A stretch of 11,940 nt of DNA from Candidatus Heimdallarchaeota archaeon (lineage in GTDB: Archaea; Asgardarchaeota; Heimdallarchaeia; JABLTI01), in the NCBI GenBank assembly GCA_030614005.1, contig JAUWKS010000088.1, positions 1-11,940 of the forward strand. Direction: 5' to 3'. Under the pieces are notes generated by a model. The model searched no databases, was not told where the DNA came from, and worked only from the letters and a program-made list of their open reading frames with translations. Within the stretch, counting starts at the first letter, position 1, and the number at the start of each line of letters is the position of its first letter. Of this stretch, positions 1-7,209 are shown one piece after another. Made by a program: the position numbers and the translations under genes.

Positions 1-282
1 CGTCTATATGGTTGTATGCTAAACAGCACCTATTTTATTTTTTCTGTTAAAGTGATTTATTCCTTTCCTTAAGGTTTTAGAAGGTTTTCTAATAGTTTCA
101 ATTTATTTTAATCCATAACTAATTTGTCATCCATCAATAATCATTTAGTAGTATAAATAAAATTCATACAAGAGAAACAATAGTTGTTCTAAGAGATAAT
201 GAATCACCCTATATAGAAAGACTAAATAAATGATTTTGGGTGATTAAAATGCTGTTTTGATTAAAAATCGGAAATACAAACA

Positions 283-1035
283 ATGACAGAAGAAAATCAG
301 TCCTCTAATATAGGTATCTCAGTTATAATGATGAGTGAAATAGGTCCACTAACTCATATTAACAATTCAGATTTAGATGATGTTGCTCAAATGTATTTAG
401 CCGTTAAAGGCTTTACTGCTTTTCTGACAGGTTTTGAGCGTGAAGAACAAGGGCCAGGACAAATTAGAGGTATTTTACAAATTCCTACTACAGAAAAATA
501 TGCTATTGCTTTTGATCACAATATGAAAGGATTAGGAACTGAGGAAGACCTTCGAATGAGGGTTAATAGAATGGGAATTATCTGCCTAATTACAACTGCT
601 GAAGAATTAGAAATTGTTCGCAGATTCTATTCAGAAACAGAACATTTTCTTGCAGAACAATTACAAGTTATTATCTCAATAGTTGATTTAACTGAGGAAT
701 TCATCAATACTTTAACAAAGAAATACAATACATTCATTCAATCTCTAGTTGATTCAGAGAGAAGAAAAGAACAACCTTTAACAGAACCACAAAGTTTGTT
801 TGACATTACAATACTACTCTCGCTTCCAAAAGATGAAAATCAAACGGCTAGAGTAATAATGGATATAATGACTAATGCCGAAAAACAAGGAGCAACATTA
901 AAAGATATTTGTGCAATCACAAAACGTGGCAAACGTAAACAAGTGGTTGTTCTTGATAAACTAATAACTAAAGGATTAGTTATTGTTATTCCTCATGAAG
1001 ATGATAGTAAAGAAATATTGTATAAAGCAAAATAG
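283..1035 (+). CDS. Hypothetical protein: putative longin/uDENN-like N-terminal domain + C-terminal winged helix-turn-helix
   Basis: 250-aa ORF. The N-terminal pattern is strand-GP (ISVIMMSEIGP), helix, strands (IRGILQIP, YAIAFD), D-x-R, strand (GIICLI), helix, which resembles Asgard longin/uDENN-like domains. The C-terminal ~65 aa (TARVIMDIM..GATLKDIC..LDKLITKGLVIVI..EILYKAK) read as a wHTH. The CDS is solid; domain calls are by eye. Confidence 0.6.
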   Translation: MTEENQSSNIGISVIMMSEIGPLTHINNSDLDDVAQMYLAVKGFTAFLTGFEREEQGPGQIRGILQIPTTEKYAIAFDHNMKGLGTEEDLRMRVNRMGIICLITTAEELEIVRRFYSETEHFLAEQLQVIISIVDLTEEFINTLTKKYNTFIQSLVDSERRKEQPLTEPQSLFDITILLSLPKDENQTARVIMDIMTNAEKQGATLKDICAITKRGKRKQVVVLDKLITKGLVIVIPHEDDSKEILYKAK

Positions 1036-1059
1036 AAGCATTTGGAGAAAAGAACAAAG

Positions 1060-1854
1060 ATGAAGGTTATAGTATTTCATTCATATAAAGGCGGCACTGG
1101 TAAAACAACTTTAGCATTAAATACAGCAATAAATTTAGCTCGCAGGGGTTTTAAAACTCTAGTAATAGATGCAGATCTAAATGCTCCAACCTTTGATAGC
1201 ATTTTTCCAGATGTAAAACCAAAATTCCGTTTTCATGACTTATTTGTAAAACAAAATAGCACAGGAAATGCCCCCAAATCTAAAGAGTTACCAATAAATT
1301 CAGGTATGGATCCAAAATTGGATATTATTTTTGCCGATCCAAAACCAAAATTTGGTCAAGGGCTTCTAAGTATGGATAAAGTCTTTCATGCAGCAGTACT
1401 GAAAAAATTATTGGAAACAAAGAAAGAATACGAAAAACTTGGATATGAATATCTTATAATGGATACTTCTCCATCCATGAGTTTAGCTTCTATCAATGCA
1501 ATTATTATTGCTGATGCAACAATAATGGTTTTGAGACCAAATCAATATGGTATTTCTGGAACAACTTTTCTATTCAAAGAAATCTATTCTTTGCTTGGAG
1601 CGTTAAAGAGAAAAGATTTCATGATATTCAATCAAGTAGTACAGGGTACGCCCAAGAAGTTTATTACGGATTGGGAGAAGCACTTTAAGAAAAAACTCGA
1701 TGTGAAAACCATTGGTATTATTTTGTGTGATTGCGGAATTGCTTTAAATCTATTGCATGGTAAACTAATACCTGATGAGTCAAAAAATGTTAAATTTATT
1801 CAAACAATGAACAGTATCGTTGACAATTTATTAGAAGAACTATCAAAAGAATAA
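1060..1854 (+). CDS. MinD/ParA-family (SIMIBI) P-loop ATPase
   Basis: Deviant Walker A with signature lysine (SYKGGTGKT), A' motif LVIDADLNAP and B motif YLIMDTSP. ATG at 1060 (MKVIVFHS) with GGAG at 1044-1047 is preferred over the ORF-track TTG at 1042. Confidence 0.9.
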   Translation: MKVIVFHSYKGGTGKTTLALNTAINLARRGFKTLVIDADLNAPTFDSIFPDVKPKFRFHDLFVKQNSTGNAPKSKELPINSGMDPKLDIIFADPKPKFGQGLLSMDKVFHAAVLKKLLETKKEYEKLGYEYLIMDTSPSMSLASINAIIIADATIMVLRPNQYGISGTTFLFKEIYSLLGALKRKDFMIFNQVVQGTPKKFITDWEKHFKKKLDVKTIGIILCDCGIALNLLHGKLIPDESKNVKFIQTMNSIVDNLLEELSKE

Positions 1855-1932
1855 AGTTTAGTAAGATTTTTCTTTGAGTATTAACGAAAAATTTTTCCTT
1901 TTACTGGACAACTAATTATTGATTATTGTGGA

Positions 1933-4104
1933 GTGCTAATACATTTGCCTAAAGTGATTGGTATTGATATTTTAGCAGGTGCATCTTCTCAAAAACGCCC
2001 ATCTAATCGTGCAAATAAATTTGCAGCCGTTGTTATGGAAAATGAGCAAATAATTGAAAGTCATAATTCACTTTCCACGAAAAATCTTGTAAAATTATGT
2101 AAAGTTCATGAACCAATATTTTTGGGTGTAGATAACATCTTTGAAATTGAAGCAAATTCTGCAAGAATAATCCAATTTTGCAGTCTTCTTCCTCTCGAGA
2201 CAAAGATACTTCAAGTGACGGGTGCACCGCCAGATGGTTTTGAATCATTAAATAGGTTAGCTAGAAGACATGGAATCCCATATCCTTCTCAGCATGCAAA
2301 TCCTGTGCAAACAGCGGAAATAATTTGTCAGTTAGCAGAGAAAAAAGTGGGCTACATATTAATGCCTTTTGAAGAGGAATCTGAAATAAAAATATCTCGA
2401 GCAAGATCCATAGGCCCGGGTGGTTGGTCACAACAAAGATATGCACGAAAGATGCGAGGAGAGATATTGACTCTTTCTCGAGAGATAGAAAAACAGCTAC
2501 TGGATCATACCATAGATTTTGATTTGGAAGTGCGAAAGACAGAATATGGTTATGACAACGCAGTATTTAGAGTCTATACATCATTAGCAGCACTAAGGAA
2601 AGTAGTAAAACCATACAAAGGAGAGCTCTCGAGAGTAAGTGTTACACCAATTAGAAAAAAGCGTTTGGAATTTTATCCAGCAACAGGAGGAAGAAATAGT
2701 GGTTCCTTAGGAATAAAAAGAAAATCAAATCGTGGTTTAATTGTTGGTGTTGATCCAGGTCCAAATACCGGTATTGCAATACTAAATTTCGCGGGTAATA
2801 TATTACTAGTTGATTCGATGCGAAGCGCAGCGAGGGGAGATATTATTCGATTGATAACAACATATGGAGATCCAACGTTAATCGCTGCTGATGTAACACC
2901 CCCTCCAAATTTCGTTGTTAAAATTTCAAAGATGCTTAATACAGGACTCTATTTTCCTGAAAGGCTGCTTAGTGCTGATGAAAAAAGTCAAATTGTAGAT
3001 GATTTTTCAAGCAATATAGGAACTAGAATCAAAGGCTCTCATAAAAGAGATGCTCTCAGTGCTGCAATCAAAGCATATCAAAAATTCAGTGAAGTATTTG
3101 ATCGAATCAACAGAGCGCTTTCAAGCCCAGAAGAGATGCCATTACGAAATATGGTAAAACAAATCGTCATTAAAGAGCAAATGATTATCCATGATGCCAT
3201 TGAAGAGGTAAAAAAACGCACTCAAAAAGTGAAACGACCCGAAATAAAAGTAGAAGAAGAAATAAAATTAACAGAAAATGAGGTAACATTAACAGAAAAA
3301 ATAGCTGCTTTGAATGAACTTATCATCAGGCAAACAACACAAATTGAAAATCTCGAAGATATGAATGAAGGATTATTTGATGGTTTGGCTAAAGCAAGAT
3401 ATGAGAGTAAAGAACTCAACAGAAAATTAAGTAAATTAACGAATCAAAAAAGTCAAGAATTGAAACGTGAGAGAGCAATCAAAACACGTGATGATGAATT
3501 ACGACTCTTGAGAAGACAAGTAAAATCTTTGGATAGAGAGCTTGGAAAAGTGAAAGGAATAATATCTGATCTCAAACGAATGATTGTAATGAATTCCAAT
3601 CGCGTTGTTGTTCCTATGAAAGTAATTTATGAATTCTCTCGAGAAGGAATTGAAAAAACAATTGAAAGGGTAAATGTAGAACCATTCGATGTTGTATTAT
3701 TACTCAACCCCTCAGGAGGAGGACAAAAAACAGCTGAAATGCTCATTGAGAGAGAAGTGAGAGCAGTTGTTTGTTCGCAAAATATTATCTCGAACAAAGC
3801 AATGGAAGCGTTCATTCAAGCAAATGTACCAGTACTCTTTGAGATATCAATTAGGCAAATAGATGATATTGCAGTAACCTTCTATGAAGAATTAGAGCAA
3901 GCGATTGCAGATTGGGAAGAGCAAAGGCAAAGATTACAAAGTGAGAAAACAGAGAAGAAATTAGGAGTGCTCATTGCTGAATATCAAAGTGAACGGAGAG
4001 AAGAATTAAGACAAATATACCAAAAAAAGCGAAGCAAAAAGAATCAAGCATCTCCTAGGCACCCAATAAAAACAATTGAGAAAAAAGAGATAGATAAAGA
4101 GTAA
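1933..4104 (+). CDS. DUF460 / COG2433-type protein (RNase H/RuvC-YqgF-like fold plus long coiled coil)
   Basis: 723 aa, GTG start. N-terminal VIGIDI strand, central LIVGVDPGPNTGIAIL and HKRDALSAAIKAY motifs, heptad-rich coiled coil at about aa 440-545, charged C-terminus. This matches the conserved archaeal family. Confidence 0.85.
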   Translation: MLIHLPKVIGIDILAGASSQKRPSNRANKFAAVVMENEQIIESHNSLSTKNLVKLCKVHEPIFLGVDNIFEIEANSARIIQFCSLLPLETKILQVTGAPPDGFESLNRLARRHGIPYPSQHANPVQTAEIICQLAEKKVGYILMPFEEESEIKISRARSIGPGGWSQQRYARKMRGEILTLSREIEKQLLDHTIDFDLEVRKTEYGYDNAVFRVYTSLAALRKVVKPYKGELSRVSVTPIRKKRLEFYPATGGRNSGSLGIKRKSNRGLIVGVDPGPNTGIAILNFAGNILLVDSMRSAARGDIIRLITTYGDPTLIAADVTPPPNFVVKISKMLNTGLYFPERLLSADEKSQIVDDFSSNIGTRIKGSHKRDALSAAIKAYQKFSEVFDRINRALSSPEEMPLRNMVKQIVIKEQMIIHDAIEEVKKRTQKVKRPEIKVEEEIKLTENEVTLTEKIAALNELIIRQTTQIENLEDMNEGLFDGLAKARYESKELNRKLSKLTNQKSQELKRERAIKTRDDELRLLRRQVKSLDRELGKVKGIISDLKRMIVMNSNRVVVPMKVIYEFSREGIEKTIERVNVEPFDVVLLLNPSGGGQKTAEMLIEREVRAVVCSQNIISNKAMEAFIQANVPVLFEISIRQIDDIAVTFYEELEQAIADWEEQRQRLQSEKTEKKLGVLIAEYQSERREELRQIYQKKRSKKNQASPRHPIKTIEKKEIDKE

Positions 4105-4214
4105 AAAAAATAACTGCTACATCTTCATTATCTTCTAACCGCTAGAGGAACAAAAAATGGAGAAGAAATTTTTTGAGCAATTAATAATTCCAGAATGGAA
4201 AATGAGTTAAAATA

Positions 4215-4469
4215 TTATTCTGCAGGAATATCAATTTGAATCCAGAGAATATTATTACCTCGAATGAATATTTTACCGAATGCGGCAACCTTGTCTCCTT
4301 TGTAGTATTCAACGGCACTTGTCAAAACCATGTTCATATGTTGATCTTGAGCGTCTAATAAGCCTCTAAATTCGCGGCCATCTTTTAATCGAATACAAAT
4401 CATATTGCCGTATGCTTTTCGAAGTCGGTTAATCGGATGTGAATTGAATGTTGACATAGATGTAATCAT
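4215..4469 (-). CDS. Sm/Lsm-family RNA-binding protein (SmAP2-like)
   Basis: Sm1 motif (IRLKDGREFRGLLDAQDQHMNMVL) and Sm2 motif (FGKIFIRGNNILWI). The alternative start is the second Met (MSTF). Confidence 0.93.
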   Translation of the reverse strand: MITSMSTFNSHPINRLRKAYGNMICIRLKDGREFRGLLDAQDQHMNMVLTSAVEYYKGDKVAAFGKIFIRGNNILWIQIDIPAE

Positions 4470-4683
4470 CTTCCTATTTAGGATATGCTTAAGTTATTAT
4501 GAGCTACCCCATACTTAAAATCTTACTGACTGAGTGTTATTAAGATTTCGTCATTTAAAAAGAAAAAAAGAAGAATAAAAGCTTTTCCAAATAGTTGAAA
4601 GATTCTTAAAGAAAAAATAATGAAAATAATAACCCGTAGCTAACAAATTTCTTCGTCATCCGAATTCTAAGGTATAGAAAGAT

Positions 4684-4690
4684 TTTATAA
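4684..4690 (+). promoter_or_regulatory. Candidate TATA box for the tRNA-Phe precursor
   Basis: TTTATAA preceded by purine-rich AGAAAG, about 60 nt upstream of the tRNA. An alternative, weaker TAATATA lies at 4724-4730. Confidence 0.35.
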
Positions 4691-4768
4691 GGAAAAAATA
4701 ATTGAAAAACAACAATGGTGTCGTAATATACTCTAATAAGCAAGGGTTGTCGAAGTAGCTTAGCCCGG

Positions 4769-4793
4769 AAGGCATCATACGATGTCTGGGTAA
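4769..4793 (+). other. tRNA intron 1 (25 nt, D-loop, position 19/20), BHB-type
   Basis: Central helix GCCC (4763-4766)/GGGT (4788-4791), bulges GG^A and AA^G, and a 7-bp intron helix AGGCATC/GATGTCT. Splicing restores the D-loop AGCCCGGGA. An alternative 23-nt register (4770-4792) is less canonical. Confidence 0.75.
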
Positions 4794-4827
4794 GAGAGCG
4801 CAGGACTGAAGATCCTGTTGCCGGGTG

Positions 4828-4858
4828 ACAATCTAGGATGTACTCCTGATTGCCCGAA
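4828..4858 (+). other. tRNA intron 2 (31 nt, T-arm, position 53/54), BHB-type
   Basis: Central helix CGGG (4822-4825)/CCCG (4853-4856), bulges TG^A and AA^T, and intron helix CAATC/GATTG extended by AGGA/TCCT. Splicing restores GGGTG-TTCAAAT-CACCC exactly. Confidence 0.85.
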
Positions 4859-4910
4859 TTCAAATCACCCCTTCGACACCATTAATTTCTTTTCTTGAAA
4901 AAGAACAAAC

Positions 4911-5735
4911 CTATACTATGTAAATATTTACATTATCAACCCACGAATTATTTTCATATAATTGGTTTAGATCTTCTTTTAGTTTAAAATTAGTTTTAAC
5001 ATATAATCTTGCAGAATTAGCTTCAAGCAAAATCCTCCTATGTTCTATTTTATTTGCTCTTTTATTGATGATTTTCTTCAAGCTAACTTTATCAGAGATA
5101 TCTTTTGCATCTCTACAACTAACAATTATATTCTCATCATCTTTTCTTGCGATTAAATCAATCTCTATTTTTTGTTTATTTAGATAAAAAACAGCATTTG
5201 ATACAACACTATAGCCATCATTTACCAACAATTTCTTAATTTCTTTTTCAAAATTGCTTCCTGCATTTTCATTGTTTTCAAATCCATAAAATCGCAAGTT
5301 CTGAGGATATTGATTACTTTTTATGTTGGATTCAAATAACTCCACATAGGTTTTAAGATTTAATTTATCATTCTTAATTTCGGTGTATGCACTCTTATCA
5401 ATTAAAATAACACCATTCTGTTTAGCAAAGTTATAAATTCTATTAGAGTTAAAATTCTTGTAAGCAATAACTAGAGAGGTTATGTTATTTTCAAATTTTC
5501 TCTCAAAGTGTAAGCACTCGTAAATTGTATCTCGAATTATTGATGTTGATGGTCGGCCTACTGATGATTTTATTTCAATTGCCTTAATAGAAATAATATT
5601 TTTTCGCTTATCAAATTCAATTACCATTACATCGAAAATATGTTTGTTGCCAATTTTATTAAAACGATTATCAAATGTTATTTCAACTTCATTTAAAATT
5701 TCTATTTTGTAACCTTTAAAAGGAAGAGCAGTCAA
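4911..5735 (-). CDS. Tandem PD-(D/E)xK restriction-endonuclease-like protein (Mrr/type IV-like), possibly 5'-truncated
   Basis: Domain 1: FDVM..AIEIK (D35, E54, K56) ending in AKQNGVILID. Domain 2: GSNFEKEIKKLL..GY.V..EIDLIA..IIVSCR. TTG start. The frame is closed upstream by a stop at 5763-5765. Confidence 0.7.
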   Translation of the reverse strand: MTALPFKGYKIEILNEVEITFDNRFNKIGNKHIFDVMVIEFDKRKNIISIKAIEIKSSVGRPSTSIIRDTIYECLHFERKFENNITSLVIAYKNFNSNRIYNFAKQNGVILIDKSAYTEIKNDKLNLKTYVELFESNIKSNQYPQNLRFYGFENNENAGSNFEKEIKKLLVNDGYSVVSNAVFYLNKQKIEIDLIARKDDENIIVSCRDAKDISDKVSLKKIINKRANKIEHRRILLEANSARLYVKTNFKLKEDLNQLYENNSWVDNVNIYIV

Positions 5736-5758
5736 TACATAATTACTTGGAGAATAGA

Positions 5759-6523
5759 TTGACTAAAAAGAGTAAGATTAATTTTTGCAAATTCTGTGGA
5801 AGTAAAGTTGACTTTATGGATGAAATGAGTGATTACTATTGTCCTAAATGTTCGATGTTTCAATCTACTATTGCAACATCTAAGAAAGGATCAGAAACAT
5901 CACAAATACGATATGATATTGAATCACAATTGCTGACTGAATTTCAGCGTCTCCAGAGTGATGTAATAAGCCCATGGCAAAGTACTCCTTTTACGTCAAA
6001 TAGACCATTAAAAGTTCGAAAACTCAAAATGAAGAGTGGACGATTTGGAATATTTGATCTTGAGAATAAATCCTTAGGTAGTATTAAAATGGTTCCAGCT
6101 ATTGCTGATCGTGATTTTACTTTTTTAGATGCTCAAAATAATCAGATAGCCTATGTTGATGCTCATATAGGCCTCTTTGAAATTCAAGAAAGAAAATATG
6201 ACATTTTTGATAATGATAACAATTTACGCGGAAGAATCATTCGAAAAACAGATAAGAACAGTCCTCTCCTCCTACTTGGCATCTGGAAAAATATCTATGA
6301 AATATATGATGGTAATGAGAGATTAATCTATCGAGGAATAAATTCAAAAATTCTTGGCGGTCAATACAGATTAGTTTCTAATAATAGAGGCGGGTTACTA
6401 CTCATGTATGATATAAAGTTACGTCTAATATTTGATGAATCAATAGTAATGATTAATCCTCTCTATGATCCAATACTAATGTTAGCTTATTATTTGATCA
6501 TTAGATATCCTAAAGGCAAATAA
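5759..6523 (+). CDS. Zinc-ribbon protein with a LURP-one/scramblase/tubby C-terminal-like domain
   Basis: N-terminal CKFC..CPKC. Then repeated strand units ([FY]xI[FY]DxxxxxxG/A/Y) ending in a hydrophobic helix, DPILMLAYYLII. TTG at 5759 follows GGAG at 5749-5752; the ORF-track start is 5747. Confidence 0.55.
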   Translation: MTKKSKINFCKFCGSKVDFMDEMSDYYCPKCSMFQSTIATSKKGSETSQIRYDIESQLLTEFQRLQSDVISPWQSTPFTSNRPLKVRKLKMKSGRFGIFDLENKSLGSIKMVPAIADRDFTFLDAQNNQIAYVDAHIGLFEIQERKYDIFDNDNNLRGRIIRKTDKNSPLLLLGIWKNIYEIYDGNERLIYRGINSKILGGQYRLVSNNRGGLLLMYDIKLRLIFDESIVMINPLYDPILMLAYYLIIRYPKGK

Positions 6524-6572
6524 TCTAATGTAAAAAGAACCAGAATAATTCCAAAAAACTTTTTAATTTTCA

Positions 6573-6589
6573 AGCAGTCTTTGACTGCT
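6573..6589 (-). terminator. Hairpin at the msrB stop, followed by a U-tract on the minus strand
   Basis: AGCAGTC-TTT-GACTGCT, a 7-bp stem overlapping the TAG at 6588-6590. The A6 run at 6553-6558 on the plus strand is U6 on the minus strand. Confidence 0.35.
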
Positions 6590-6989
6590 AATCTGTTTTT
6601 TCGAATGCTAAAGATACTGAATTAATACAGTAGCGTAACCCAGTTTTATCCTTTGGACCATCATTAAAGATATGTCCTAAATGTCCACCACAGTTTTTAC
6701 AGAGAACTTCAACCGTTCGCATACCATGTGTAATATCTATTTTCTCAATTATCTTACTCTTGTCTATTGCATCATAGTAGCTTGGCCAACCACATCCAGA
6801 AGCAAATTTTGTTTCGGATGAAAAGAGTTCTGTACCACAGCCTGCACACTTATAGATGCCTTTTTCTTTATGATCCCAATATTCACCTGTAAATGGTCTT
6901 TCTGTACCCTTTTCTCTTAACACTGAATATTCTACTTTTGATAATGATTTCTTCCATTCCTCATCAGTTTTATCTTTTGCAGAATTCAT
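6588..6989 (-). CDS. msrB: Peptide-methionine (R)-S-oxide reductase MsrB (zinc-binding, Cys form)
   Basis: [12 protein letters not shown], two CxxC motifs, [17 protein letters not shown] and catalytic RYCINS (Cys codon TGT). Confidence 0.97.
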   Translation of the reverse strand: MNSAKDKTDEEWKKSLSKVEYSVLREKGTERPFTGEYWDHKEKGIYKCAGCGTELFSSETKFASGCGWPSYYDAIDKSKIIEKIDITHGMRTVEVLCKNCGGHLGHIFNDGPKDKTGLRYCINSVSLAFEKTD

Positions 6990-7209
6990 CTTTTATTGTT
7001 ACTCCTCAGGTTGAATGTTATTAAATCCACTTCAAACAAATTTATTCTTATTTGTTTATTTTCTGTATTATTGAAGCAAATTATTGTTATATTTGGAACC
7101 TTTCTTTGTTATTCTAATTGAATTTGATGAGAAACAAAATAATAAAATACTCTAATTATTGGATATCTTACAAGTAGTTTCTGAATGAAAAATTAGAGGA
7201 AAAAATAAA

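Larger units (their letters stand above)
4749..4881 (+). tRNA. trnF: tRNA-Phe(GAA) with two non-canonical introns and encoded CCA
   Basis: Acceptor stem GTCGAAG (4749-4755)/CTTCGAC (4871-4877) followed by A-CCA. D stem GCTT/GAGC. Anticodon arm CAGGA-CTGAAGA-TCCTG with GAA at 4808-4810. Variable loop TTGCC. T stem GGGTG/CACCC with loop TTCAAAT. Removing 4769-4793 and 4828-4858 gives a canonical 77-nt cloverleaf. Confidence 0.93.
4714..4883. repeat. Perfect 10-bp inverted repeat: AATGGTGTCG (4714-4723) / CGACACCATT (4874-4883)
   Basis: Read directly from the sequence. The downstream arm is the tRNA 3' end including CCA. Confidence 0.8.

Noticed and set aside
1-282. Short palindromes (TTAGAA-N4-TTCTAA 77-92, AACAA-TAG-TTGTT 176-188) and a possible minus-strand gene start at GTG 29
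   Set aside because: These short AT-rich palindromes are expected by chance, and only 9 codons are visible for the putative gene.
1886-1897. Perfect 12-bp palindrome GAAAAATTTTTC
   Set aside because: It is low-complexity and uninformative in AT-rich DNA.
2033-3815. Four short minus-strand ORFs (2033-2248, 2261-2446, 3222-3419, 3627-3815)
   Set aside because: They are antisense shadows of the DUF460 gene with no recognisable motifs.
1933-4104. DUF460 protein as a TnpB, Cas or transposase RuvC
   Set aside because: There are no flanking repeats, Zn finger, tnpA or array. The architecture fits the housekeeping-like COG2433 family.
4606-4863. 85-aa minus-strand ORF
   Set aside because: It is antisense to the tRNA-Phe gene and its AT-rich promoter, so it is spurious.
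6573-6589. Hairpin after msrB as a possible SECIS element
   Set aside because: The catalytic residue is encoded by TGT (Cys), there is no in-frame TGA, and the stem is far too short for a SECIS.
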